NCBI GenBank assembly: GCA_037975865.1
Contig: JBANFU010000129.1
Span: 1 to 36,105 of the forward strand
Source: Bacteroidota bacterium
GTDB lineage: Bacteria; Bacteroidota; Bacteroidia; NS11-12g; UBA955
Direction: 5' to 3'
DNA length: 36,105 nucleotides
The notes under the pieces are model-generated. The model did not search any database and was not told the DNA's origin. It saw nothing but the letters and a program-made list of their open reading frames with translations. The position numbers and the translations under genes are program-made. Positions within the stretch are counted from its first letter, which is position 1. Each line of letters starts with the position of its first letter. Below, in pieces: positions 9,233-17,624 of this stretch.

Positions 9233-10537
9233 ATGATAGAACCTCCCTCGGTATTGACGTTGTTGACAGTGAGTCCAAACGCTTGGTTGATTGTGGCTTT
9301 GTGTATGGTAGTGATTGCCTTTTTCTCTGGGATGGAAATTGCTTTTTTGTCGGCCTCGCGCTTACGCATTGAGCTCCGGAGCAAGGAGAATTTGGGGGGT
9401 GGTAAGTGGCTTTCGAAATATGTAAAGAACCCGAGTGATTTTATCAGCACGGTTTTGGTGGGGAACAATTTGGGATTGGTGGTGTATGGTATTTACATGG
9501 GGGAGATTTTGGATGATTCATTTGCGCACATTGCTTGGATGCAGCGGGAGTGGGTGAAGTTTTTGATGATCACGTTGAGCAGCACGATGGTTGTACTGGT
9601 GGTGGCGGAGTATTTGCCAAAGACGTTCTTCAAATTGTATGCAGATCGATTGATTTTTGGGTTGATAGGGATATTTCGGATGGCTCATGTTGTCATGTGG
9701 CCGTTGATTCAGGTGGTGAAGGGGATATCGTCCTTTCTGCTGCGGGTATTTACGAAGACTCGAATTTCTGAGCACACCCCGGTTTTTTCGAAGGTGGATT
9801 TGGACAATTACATTGCCTCATTGGAAAATGCGGGGAATGTGGATACGGTGGAGATTGACACGGAGGTATTTCGGAATGCCTTGGACTTTAGCGATGCGAA
9901 GGTGCGTGATTTTATGGTACACCGAACGGAGTTGGTGGGTGTGGATGTGAATGCAACGGTGGCCGAGTTACGCGAAAAATTTGTGGAGACCGCCCATTCC
10001 AAAATTTTGATTTACAAAGAGAACATGGACCATATCATTGGGTTTGTGCATCACAGTGATTTGTTTCACCGTCCTCAGCGAATTCAAGACGTACTTCGTT
10101 CTGTATTGATCGTGAACGAGAGTTTACAGGCGCATGACATGTTGCGCAATTTTATGCAGGAGAAGCGCAGTTTGGCGGTGGTGGTGGATGAATTTGGGGG
10201 CACGGCGGGCATGGTGAGTGTGGAAGATGTATTGGAAGAGATTGTGGGGGAGATCGAGGATGAATTTGATGTGGAGGACAAGGTAGAAACGGTGTTGGAA
10301 GAGGGACATTATGTGTTTAGTACCCGTTTGGAGGTGGATTATCTCAATGAAAAGTACGACTTGAACATACCCGAGGGGGATTACAATACTTTGGGTGGAT
10401 TTATTATTTTCTGCTCGGAGCGGATACCTTCGGTAGGAGAGATCATCCATCACGAACCTTTTGAGTTTGTCATCAGAACCTTAAAGGGGGCTCGTTTGGA
10501 GGAAGTGGAAATACGTGTATTACCAAAAGAGGATTAA
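9233..10537 (+). CDS. CNNM/hemolysin-family membrane protein (DUF21 + CBS pair + CorC_HlyC); GldE-like
   Basis: N-terminal TM region with FFSGMEIAFLSASR (DUF21), a CBS-pair region, and a C-terminal CorC/HlyC domain (GDYNTLGGFII...GEII). The ATG at 9233 is preferred over the TTG at 9188 because a TATCTTTG box lies between them. GldE membership cannot be decided from the sequence alone. Confidence 0.8.
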   Translation: MIEPPSVLTLLTVSPNAWLIVALCMVVIAFFSGMEIAFLSASRLRIELRSKENLGGGKWLSKYVKNPSDFISTVLVGNNLGLVVYGIYMGEILDDSFAHIAWMQREWVKFLMITLSSTMVVLVVAEYLPKTFFKLYADRLIFGLIGIFRMAHVVMWPLIQVVKGISSFLLRVFTKTRISEHTPVFSKVDLDNYIASLENAGNVDTVEIDTEVFRNALDFSDAKVRDFMVHRTELVGVDVNATVAELREKFVETAHSKILIYKENMDHIIGFVHHSDLFHRPQRIQDVLRSVLIVNESLQAHDMLRNFMQEKRSLAVVVDEFGGTAGMVSVEDVLEEIVGEIEDEFDVEDKVETVLEEGHYVFSTRLEVDYLNEKYDLNIPEGDYNTLGGFIIFCSERIPSVGEIIHHEPFEFVIRTLKGARLEEVEIRVLPKED

Positions 10538-10538
10538 C

Positions 10539-11318
10539 ATGAAACAAAAACTCATTGGAATGGCTTTGTCTTGTTTGTTGGGAACAGCAGGATTGCGGGC
10601 GCAAGATTCAATCCAACACGTGTTGGCAGATTCTGCAAATAACTCACCGGTATGGGACAGAGAATCTGGTGTTACGATCTGGAATGATCCCGACTCCACG
10701 GTTAGCATCTATATTCCTCGGTGGGAAGTAACCAGCAATGTGACGTTGGCGTTATCCCGATTTTCGGGCAATGTGAGTCGGAATTTGAACGACGACCCAT
10801 ATCTGTTGATGGTGAGAAAAATCTCGTACAATGAAAAGGATCGAGTATCGGCCTGGCGTTTGGGTGTCAATGGGTTTCGCAGAAAGACTGAGGATTTCAG
10901 CGGTGGGTTCAGCGGACAGGTAACGCGTACCAGTGAAGAAAACTGGGCTTCGTTGGTTGTGGGAAGGGAGTGGCGCCGGGATTTGGGTTATGGATTTTAC
11001 GCTTACGGAGGGTTTGACGCACGCGGCATTTGGCGAAACAGTACCTCTACTTCTTTGCAGTTCGATGGTTTTGGTACGAATACACTGATTGTGACAGAGG
11101 CCAAGGAATACGGTGGTAGTGTGGGTGGTTTTGGGGGCATTGCGGTGAAGTTGCACGATCGTATCAATTTGTATACGGAATCCATATTGTATGGTCAATT
11201 GTTAAACACGGAACGTTCATTTTCTGTGAATGGGGTGAGAACGAGCTTGGAGGCGAAACAAACATTTACGGTTATTCCGATGGTGCCGATTGCATTGTTT
11301 TTATCCATTCAATTTTAG
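10539..11318 (+). CDS. hypothetical secreted protein, probable small outer-membrane beta-barrel
   Basis: ATG sits 1 nt after the upstream stop. Signal peptide MKQKLIGMALSCLLGTAGLRAQ. Gly/aromatic-rich alternating segments and a C-terminal ...LFLSIQF (terminal Phe) fit an OM barrel. I recognise no named family. Confidence 0.55.
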   Translation: MKQKLIGMALSCLLGTAGLRAQDSIQHVLADSANNSPVWDRESGVTIWNDPDSTVSIYIPRWEVTSNVTLALSRFSGNVSRNLNDDPYLLMVRKISYNEKDRVSAWRLGVNGFRRKTEDFSGGFSGQVTRTSEENWASLVVGREWRRDLGYGFYAYGGFDARGIWRNSTSTSLQFDGFGTNTLIVTEAKEYGGSVGGFGGIAVKLHDRINLYTESILYGQLLNTERSFSVNGVRTSLEAKQTFTVIPMVPIALFLSIQF

Positions 11319-11321
11319 ACG

Positions 11322-11945
11322 ATGAGGGCACTGATCATACTTTTCTGTAGTCTGAGTTTGGCGTTGCATGGCAAGGGTCAAATGGAGGATTGGGATACGG
11401 GGGCACCGGTGAAATCGATTACGGTGGTTCAGCGTGCTCCGGCATCAACGACCAAGGTTTTGGCCAATGTGGCCGTTGCAGATCAGCCCCGTTACATGGG
11501 CTTCAATACGTCTTATTTGCTGCAGCAGTTGTTACCGTTCAATGCCATCCCGGTGCAGCAGAACATGTACGGCGTTACTTACCGGAAATATTCTCGGGGT
11601 AAAGGCTATCGTATCTCGATGGGGGCCAATTTATCAGAGTTAGAAGAATTACAGTGGTTGGGATTTAGAATTGATCGCGACAGGCGCAAGGCGATCAACA
11701 ATCGTTGGTTGTATTTTTATGGTATTGGGGGAGGTTTAGAGATTTTTCAAGATCCAGATAACACCAATATTTTTGTTCAAACCGAGGTGAATTTATTGGG
11801 TCAAATGCATTTTGGCGTGGAGTATATCATCAATCCGGTGATGTCGTTGAGCATGGAGTCTCAAGGCAGTTTAAGGCTGGGTTCTTCCAGCAGTTTGGTG
11901 GTAAGGCCTCCTACAGTGATTACCGCCCATTTTCGTTTGAATTAA
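11322..11945 (+). CDS. hypothetical secreted protein, distant paralog of the upstream gene
   Basis: ATG sits 3 nt after the upstream stop. Signal peptide MRALIILFCSLSLALHG. Segment order is shared with the preceding protein: YRISMGANL vs WRLGVNGF, WLYFYGIGGGLEIF vs GFYAYGGFDARGIW, and a terminal beta-strand. Confidence 0.5.
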   Translation: MRALIILFCSLSLALHGKGQMEDWDTGAPVKSITVVQRAPASTTKVLANVAVADQPRYMGFNTSYLLQQLLPFNAIPVQQNMYGVTYRKYSRGKGYRISMGANLSELEELQWLGFRIDRDRRKAINNRWLYFYGIGGGLEIFQDPDNTNIFVQTEVNLLGQMHFGVEYIINPVMSLSMESQGSLRLGSSSSLVVRPPTVITAHFRLN

Positions 11946-12829
11946 GGGTAGAAAATGGTCCATTCCTCTTTTGTGGCGGCGCCGACAACGCCGTAACCTT
12001 TGGGGATGTTGCTCTGCACCGGTCCGGGCAATTGGGTGATAGACTTTTGACTCCAAAGGTGTTCAGCCCGGGTGTTGTAATACTCGTAGAGTGCTGGGCT
12101 TAAATTTTCCAAGGTGATTTTCACGGCCACCGTTTTTTCTGATTTGCTATTGGAAAAGGGCAGTAAATTGTAAAATCGGAACGTGCTTAATACGCCGTTG
12201 AAAATCTCATCCGAAAACAAGATTTCTTGTTCTGTGTAATTGTTGAAATTGTTTCTTACAAAGGGGGTTTCATTGCCATCAATTTTCATGATTTGCCACT
12301 CCGTGCTGCTATCGATGGCTTTCCCATTGGCATCCAGTGTGTATTTCTTTAATTGTTGTTGCGCTGAAAGGCGATAATAATTCTCATCGATGGCACTGTC
12401 GCGAAATTGCACGGTAAATGTCTGGGTGATACCAATTCCGGCAACGGCTTCCGTTGCGGTATCTGTTCTGGTAAAGGCGATGGCTGAAGGCATCACATCG
12501 ATGACAACTACGGTATCAAGCAAAGAAGTGAGGGCAAATTGAAAGCTGTCTCTGGGGTTTAGGATGAAGTCACTGATCAGGAACTGTCCAACCGCGGTGT
12601 TGATGGCCGACTTGCTTCGGTTGGTGGTTGTGCGCAGGGTAATGTCGGCCTGGGTTTGGGGCGTGAAGGGTTCAGAGATACCTACGACCCGCGAATAGCT
12701 AATTTTGTGGGTAGTGGTGGTTTGAAGAATACATTCTATCACAGGACCAACGGCAGACTGATCGGGTTGGGGAACCAGTACCTCCCTGCTGCATCCCGAC
12801 ACCAGTAGGCATAGCAAGAGCCATCGCAT
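11942..12829 (-). CDS. DUF4249 family lipoprotein (TonB-receptor partner)
   Basis: Textbook lipoprotein signal MRWLLLCLLVSGC from the ATG at 12829. It lies directly downstream of a TonB-dependent receptor, as is usual for DUF4249. The C-terminus (LPGPVQSNIPKGYGVVGA) resembles the DUF4249 tail. Confidence 0.7.
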   Translation of the reverse strand: MRWLLLCLLVSGCSREVLVPQPDQSAVGPVIECILQTTTTHKISYSRVVGISEPFTPQTQADITLRTTTNRSKSAINTAVGQFLISDFILNPRDSFQFALTSLLDTVVVIDVMPSAIAFTRTDTATEAVAGIGITQTFTVQFRDSAIDENYYRLSAQQQLKKYTLDANGKAIDSSTEWQIMKIDGNETPFVRNNFNNYTEQEILFSDEIFNGVLSTFRFYNLLPFSNSKSEKTVAVKITLENLSPALYEYYNTRAEHLWSQKSITQLPGPVQSNIPKGYGVVGAATKEEWTIFYP

Positions 12830-12837
12830 CGCATAGC

Positions 12838-12854
12838 CACCCTGAAACAGGGTG
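12838..12854 (-). other. intercistronic hairpin between the TonB-dependent receptor and the DUF4249 gene
   Basis: CACCCTG-AAA-CAGGGTG is a perfect 7-bp stem with a 3-nt loop inside the 59-nt spacer 12830..12888. No U-tract follows on the transcribed strand. Confidence 0.3.
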
Positions 12855-12888
12855 TTGCGTTTTGAGCATCGATATGAAACTGGGGATA

Positions 12889-15546
12889 TCAAAAAGAGAG
12901 TTGATAATTGATGTGGGGAAGTATGGGTAGGAGCGACAGTTGGGTGAGTTTGCGTTGTCCTTGGCTATCGTAGGCAAAGGTGATAAAAAAGGGATTTTGT
13001 CGGTTATAGGCATTGTAGATTCCGAGCGACCAAGTTTCTTGGAATTGTTTGTGTTTGACGATGTATTGCGTTGACAAATCGAGGCGATGGTTGTCTCTGC
13101 TGCGCGCGTTGTTTCTGTCGCCGTAGATAAAAATTTCTGCAAAGGGGTCGTTGGGTGTGGGTGATTGATATACGCCGATGGGGAGGGTGTAGGCAAACCC
13201 AGTGTTGAAGGTCCAACTGCCACTGATGATCACTTTGGGCGATAATTTATAAATCCCAACGAGGTAGAAGTTGTGACGTCTATCGTATCGCGAAGGGAAA
13301 ATTTTTCCTTGGTTGAGTTCGGCGAATTGTCGGTTGTTGTACAACAGGGAGTAACTGGCCCAGCCGGTAAGTTTGCCGGTGCGTTTTTCAACGAGGCATT
13401 CAAGACCGTGGGCATCGCCGGTTCCTTGGGTGACGGTTTTTTCCCAGTTCAAGGCGCTGGTGATGTAGGCTGCATTGTCGCGGTATTCGAGCAAATTATA
13501 AAAGGATTTTTGGAAGTACTCGAAGCTCCATTGGTAGTGGGTTTTGGTGATGGTAGTGCCGAGGGAGATTTGTCGGGCCTGTGCGGGCGCGTATTGGGCA
13601 TTGGAGGGCACCCAGAGATCGGAGGGTAGACCCATGGTGAGGTTGTTGAGTTGATGAAAAAACTGCACGTTTTGGGAGGCGGCGGCTTTCAACCAGACTT
13701 GGGGCGACAGGCGATATCGGTAGTTGAAGCGGGGTTCGGGACGGATGTAGAACTGCTGGTCTTCCAAGCCGAAGTAAGATACCCTGGAACCGATATCGAG
13801 GTATCCGAATTTGGGGTGATGAAATTCCAAATTGGCGAAGAAGAAGAGTTCTGGGGTGATGACTTTTTTGTCGTTATAGTGATAGATGCGCGATACCGAA
13901 TCAAATTGGGTTTCCAGGGATCGATCGCCAGGCGTAAACGTATGTTGAACAAAACCGGCGCCAATTTTGAATGCCAAATATTTAGACATTTGTATGTCGA
14001 ATTTGGCATCGGCTGCCCAATCTCGAAGGCCGTTGGTGAGGTTGTAATTGGTAAAATTGTCTTTGTTTTTGCTGGGGTCGATTTCGCTGCGAAGGCGGTA
14101 ATGATAGTCGTTGTGTTGGGTAAACGCGTAGTTGGTGTAATGGGTTTTTGCGGTAAAACGAATGCGTCGGTTGAAGAAATACTGCCACCTAAGGCTACCG
14201 AGTTGGTTGCCCCAGAGGTTGCCTTGTTCTCTTTTTTGGAAAACGCTGACTTCGTTGGATTCTCCATAAATTCTATCGATGAAGAAGGCGCGGTCACGAC
14301 CTTGATAGAGGGTGAGTGAGAGGGTGCTTTTTTCGCTGAATCGGTGGTTGATTTTGGCGTTCACATCCCAGAAGTTGTATCGATTGATGTTGTTGCTGTC
14401 TTTGAAAACGGCATTGGCGATGGCTTGGGTGAGGAGGTCGAAGTTGGATCTTCTGAAGGCCAGGGCAATGGTGGTGCGTTTTTTCCACAGCGGGCCTTGG
14501 ATCATGGCTTTGCTGGTGAGTGCTCCGATGGAGAGGTTGCCCGACCATTGATTTTCGTTGCCATCCACGGATTGCACTGAAACTACACTGCTCAATCGTC
14601 CGCCATGTTCGGGGGAAAGGGTGCCGCGGTTGAGTTGGGCACTTTTGACGATGTCGCCATTGAAAATACCGAAAATGCCGTAGAGGTGATAGGCGTTGAA
14701 GACGGGAACATCATCGAGCAGGACGAGGTTTTGGTCCGCGGCTCCGCCGCGAACATACATGCCCAACATGCCTTCTGAACCGCTGACCACACCGGGGTTT
14801 AGGCTTAGCGCACGCATCACATCGCCTTCTCCGAGTAAGGCGGGAATCTGTTGCAGCCGGGCGGAGGATAGACAGAACTGGTCGGACTGACCGTGTACCA
14901 CCGCCAATCGACTTTGGTTTTTATTGCCTTGGATTAGGGTGGTTTCGATGCGTTCTACAGTGGGATTGAGTTTGGCGGTGAGGAAATAGTCTCTTTGTCC
15001 GAATAGGGTATCGAAATAGAGATCATACCCTGGGTAATAAATCTGAAGGTGTAGGGTATCAACGGTAGGTTGTGGTTTTTCTGGCAGGGCAATTTTGAAA
15101 ACACCAAATTCATCTGTGTGCGTAAACACTTGAATTTCAGGTATTTGAACAACGGCCTTTACGAGTCGTTCCCCCGTGTATTCATGGATGACTCTACCCG
15201 AGAGGTAGTGTTGTTTTGGGATGACGCTGGGCGACCATTTTTGGAGGATCAGGGTGGTGCCTGCTTGTTGGTAATCTAAGCCGTATTGGTGCAAAAAATC
15301 GCGGAGGGCTTTGTCAGCCTTCACATTTTGGTAGTGAACTTGGATGTGTTTTTGGCTGGGTAGTAGTTGATTGTTGTAGGCGAAATCGTGTCCTGTTTGT
15401 TGGGTGAACTGTTGCAGTACGGCTTTGAATTCGGCGCCTTGGTATTGGATTGTTACAAATTTGTTCAGGGTAACTACTTGCGCGCGTATCCCGTTTGGCA
15501 GTAGCCAAAGGAGAAGAAAAAGCGCTATGAGGCGATTGCCTTTCAA
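12889..15546 (-). CDS. TonB-dependent receptor with N-terminal STN domain and carboxypeptidase-regulatory-like domain
   Basis: Signal peptide ending IRAQ. STN-like segment FKAVLQQFTQQTGHDFAYNNQLL...GTTLILQK. CarbopepD_reg-like segment LSGRVIHEYTGERLVKAVV. Plug region (GGAADQNLVLLDDVPVFN), a long barrel, and terminal ...NYQLSF. The start codon is TTG. Confidence 0.85.
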   Translation of the reverse strand: MKGNRLIALFLLLWLLPNGIRAQVVTLNKFVTIQYQGAEFKAVLQQFTQQTGHDFAYNNQLLPSQKHIQVHYQNVKADKALRDFLHQYGLDYQQAGTTLILQKWSPSVIPKQHYLSGRVIHEYTGERLVKAVVQIPEIQVFTHTDEFGVFKIALPEKPQPTVDTLHLQIYYPGYDLYFDTLFGQRDYFLTAKLNPTVERIETTLIQGNKNQSRLAVVHGQSDQFCLSSARLQQIPALLGEGDVMRALSLNPGVVSGSEGMLGMYVRGGAADQNLVLLDDVPVFNAYHLYGIFGIFNGDIVKSAQLNRGTLSPEHGGRLSSVVSVQSVDGNENQWSGNLSIGALTSKAMIQGPLWKKRTTIALAFRRSNFDLLTQAIANAVFKDSNNINRYNFWDVNAKINHRFSEKSTLSLTLYQGRDRAFFIDRIYGESNEVSVFQKREQGNLWGNQLGSLRWQYFFNRRIRFTAKTHYTNYAFTQHNDYHYRLRSEIDPSKNKDNFTNYNLTNGLRDWAADAKFDIQMSKYLAFKIGAGFVQHTFTPGDRSLETQFDSVSRIYHYNDKKVITPELFFFANLEFHHPKFGYLDIGSRVSYFGLEDQQFYIRPEPRFNYRYRLSPQVWLKAAASQNVQFFHQLNNLTMGLPSDLWVPSNAQYAPAQARQISLGTTITKTHYQWSFEYFQKSFYNLLEYRDNAAYITSALNWEKTVTQGTGDAHGLECLVEKRTGKLTGWASYSLLYNNRQFAELNQGKIFPSRYDRRHNFYLVGIYKLSPKVIISGSWTFNTGFAYTLPIGVYQSPTPNDPFAEIFIYGDRNNARSRDNHRLDLSTQYIVKHKQFQETWSLGIYNAYNRQNPFFITFAYDSQGQRKLTQLSLLPILPHINYQLSF

Positions 15547-15604
15547 CGGAATTTAAATTGGGTTTATTAAAAAATCTTTCGAGCGGTGATTGGGTGAATT
15601 GATT

Positions 15605-15612
15605 CAAATATA
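15605..15612 (-). promoter_or_regulatory. candidate -7 box TATATTTG for the TonB-dependent receptor/DUF4249 unit
   Basis: Exact TAnnTTTG on the minus strand, 58 nt upstream of the TTG start at 15546. Confidence 0.3.
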
Positions 15613-15728
15613 CACCGATAGAAGAAATTCGTTTTAACTGGTGGAAAGTATGCAGACGAACGGGGAGAATTTTCGGTTGAAATCGGAAAAGTTGCTGCAT
15701 ATTTGAAGTTTAAACCAATTTCAGCGAT

Positions 15729-16526
15729 ATGTACGAGTTTCACGGCGATAAACGACGTTATTTCGATATGACACACAAGGTAACGGTGGGTCATATTATC
15801 CCTTTTTTGAAGTACAATTGGTCGTTTCCGGCCAACATGCAAGTGTTGGAAATTGGTTGTGGTGAGGCGGGTGTTTTGAAAGCATTCACAGATTTGGGTT
15901 ATGCTTGTACGGGGATAGAGTTGGAGGAAAGTCGGTTGGAATTTGCTCGTGAATTCATGCGGGAGGAGTTGTTGGCAGGCCAGGTACAATTCTTAAACAA
16001 GGACATTTACGATGTGGTGCCTGAGGTTGATTTGGGAACCAAATTTGACTTGATCATCTTGAAGGATGTGATTGAGCACATTCCCGATCAGGCGCGATTC
16101 ATGCCGCAGTTGCATCGGTTTTTAAAGCCAGGTGGTCGGGTGTTTATTGCTTTTCCACCATGGCAAATGCCTTACGGAGGTCACCAGCAGGTGTTGCCAC
16201 AAAAGTGGGCGTCCAAATTGCCATATTACCACTTACTGCCGGGTGGTTTGTACCCCGGTATGTTGAAATTGTTGGGCGTAAAACCCAATGGCATCAAGAC
16301 CATGGAAGAAATTCGCAGCACGGGGATTAGCATCGAGCGGTTCTTGCGTGTTTGTAGGCAGTCTGAGTTCGGCATCAGCGGGAAGAAATTTTACTTGTTC
16401 AATCCCATTTACGAATACAAATTTGGAATCAAGCCGAGGAGGCAGTTGGGCGTGATTGCGGCGATCCCGATTTTGAGGAACTTTGTCACGATGGGGGTCT
16501 ATTACCTCACGGAATCGCGTAAATAA
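15729..16526 (+). CDS. class I SAM-dependent methyltransferase
   Basis: Motif I VLEIGCGEAGVL, motif post-I/II FDLIILKDVIEHI, and GGRVFIAFP. 265 aa. Confidence 0.8.
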   Translation: MYEFHGDKRRYFDMTHKVTVGHIIPFLKYNWSFPANMQVLEIGCGEAGVLKAFTDLGYACTGIELEESRLEFAREFMREELLAGQVQFLNKDIYDVVPEVDLGTKFDLIILKDVIEHIPDQARFMPQLHRFLKPGGRVFIAFPPWQMPYGGHQQVLPQKWASKLPYYHLLPGGLYPGMLKLLGVKPNGIKTMEEIRSTGISIERFLRVCRQSEFGISGKKFYLFNPIYEYKFGIKPRRQLGVIAAIPILRNFVTMGVYYLTESRK

Positions 16527-16545
16527 GGTGTCATTTTACGGACGT

Positions 16546-16569
16546 AAACCCCTGTAAACTAGGGGTTTT
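16546..16569 (+). terminator. candidate intrinsic terminator after the methyltransferase gene
   Basis: Perfect 8-bp stem AAACCCCT / AGGGGTTT with the 7-nt loop GTAAACT, running into TTTT, 20 nt after the TAA at 16524..16526. Confidence 0.5.
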
Positions 16570-16614
16570 GGCGAGTTGATTGGCCCATTTTTAGGAAAAG
16601 CAAGGTTTAGCGCT

Positions 16615-16622
16615 TAAATTTG
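16615..16622 (+). promoter_or_regulatory. candidate -7 box TAAATTTG for the DUF6089-uppS-bamA cluster
   Basis: Exact TAnnTTTG, 15 nt upstream of the ATG at 16638 and downstream of the hairpin at 16546..16568. Confidence 0.45.
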
Positions 16623-16637
16623 CTAAAAACTGCATTC

Positions 16638-17624
16638 ATGAAACACTTGAAAATAACTTTGTTTGCCATCATTGCCATGGGCTCGGTAGCATCGGCTAAC
16701 GCTCAAGCAAAGAAAAAATTTAAGGGCAAGCCCATCGAGGCGGGTTTCACCTTGGGTGGATCAAATTACATGGGTGATTTGTCGAAAGGTGTTGCCATGA
16801 ATGAAACCCATTTGATGGGTGGGTTGATTTGTCGATTCCATTACAACGACTTTTTGACGTTGCGTGGCAACGCGGTATACGGTCAAATCAGCGGAAACGA
16901 CCAGAATTTCAAAAATGACTTGGCGTTTACGCACAAGGATTTGTCTGACAATCCAAAAGAGATTACCCGCGGCCAGCGCAATTTGAATTTCCGCAGCGAT
17001 ATCGTGGAGTTCAGTGCCATCGGCGAATGGAATTTGTTGGGCTACGAAGAGTCTACTAAATCACGTCCATTTACCCCGTTTTTGTTTGCGGGAATCGGGG
17101 TTTACAAATTCAATCCAAAATCACAGTTTCACTATTTGGATGGATTGCGCGATGCCAATGGTGCATTGGTTCACAACCCAGAGTTGGCCAAGTTTGATGG
17201 ACAGTGGATTGAGTTGCAGACCTTGAGTACCGAGGGACAGGAAACCACGAAATTCAATGATCGCAAGCGTTACAATCTCACGCAGGTATCTATTCCTTTG
17301 GGTGTGGGTTTCAAGCAGCAGGTGGATGATTACTGGGCTTACGGCATCGAGTTTGGTGTGCGCAAGACCTTTACCGATTACTTGGATGACGTGAGTTTGG
17401 ACTATGTAGACGACCAAATTGTGGGTGGTGCCAATGGGTATTTGGCGGCGGCGATGAAGGACAGAAGCTCTGAACAGATCGACCCCAACACGGGGTTGCC
17501 ATACGAACGTTTTTACATGGGAAACCCCAGGGGTTCTATGAAGGGCAGCGATTATTACATGTTCTTGAATTTTACCATCACGCGTAAAATCATGGGCGGT
17601 AAGACAGTTTGTTTCCAATTTTAA
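16638..17624 (+). CDS. DUF6089-like outer-membrane beta-barrel protein (copy 1)
   Basis: Signal peptide MKHLKITLFAIIAMGSVASANAQA. Motifs GGSNYMGDLS and RKTFTDYLDDVS. The position upstream of uppS-bamA is typical of this Bacteroidota family. Family call is from memory. Confidence 0.65.
   Translation: MKHLKITLFAIIAMGSVASANAQAKKKFKGKPIEAGFTLGGSNYMGDLSKGVAMNETHLMGGLICRFHYNDFLTLRGNAVYGQISGNDQNFKNDLAFTHKDLSDNPKEITRGQRNLNFRSDIVEFSAIGEWNLLGYEESTKSRPFTPFLFAGIGVYKFNPKSQFHYLDGLRDANGALVHNPELAKFDGQWIELQTLSTEGQETTKFNDRKRYNLTQVSIPLGVGFKQQVDDYWAYGIEFGVRKTFTDYLDDVSLDYVDDQIVGGANGYLAAAMKDRSSEQIDPNTGLPYERFYMGNPRGSMKGSDYYMFLNFTITRKIMGGKTVCFQF

Noticed and set aside
9150-9278. N-terminal extensions offered by the ORF track: purK to 9278, RmlD-like gene to 3808, DUF4249 gene to 12892, MbnH-like gene to 27150, DUF6089 copy 1 to 16620
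   Set aside because: In each case an internal ATG immediately precedes the conserved N-terminal motif or a proper signal or lipoprotein peptide. The extension would also overlap a neighbouring gene or a promoter box.
13651-14319. 222-aa (+) and 202-aa (-, alternative frame) ORFs inside the TonB-dependent receptor gene
   Set aside because: They are embedded in the receptor barrel coding region, and the receptor frame carries the recognisable plug and barrel features.
15547-15728. Fur box or other metal-regulator site upstream of the TonB-dependent receptor
   Set aside because: I found no match to the GATAATGATAATCATTATC-type consensus and no convincing inverted repeat. The repeated TCGG/GAAA elements near 15685..15705 are direct, short and imperfect.
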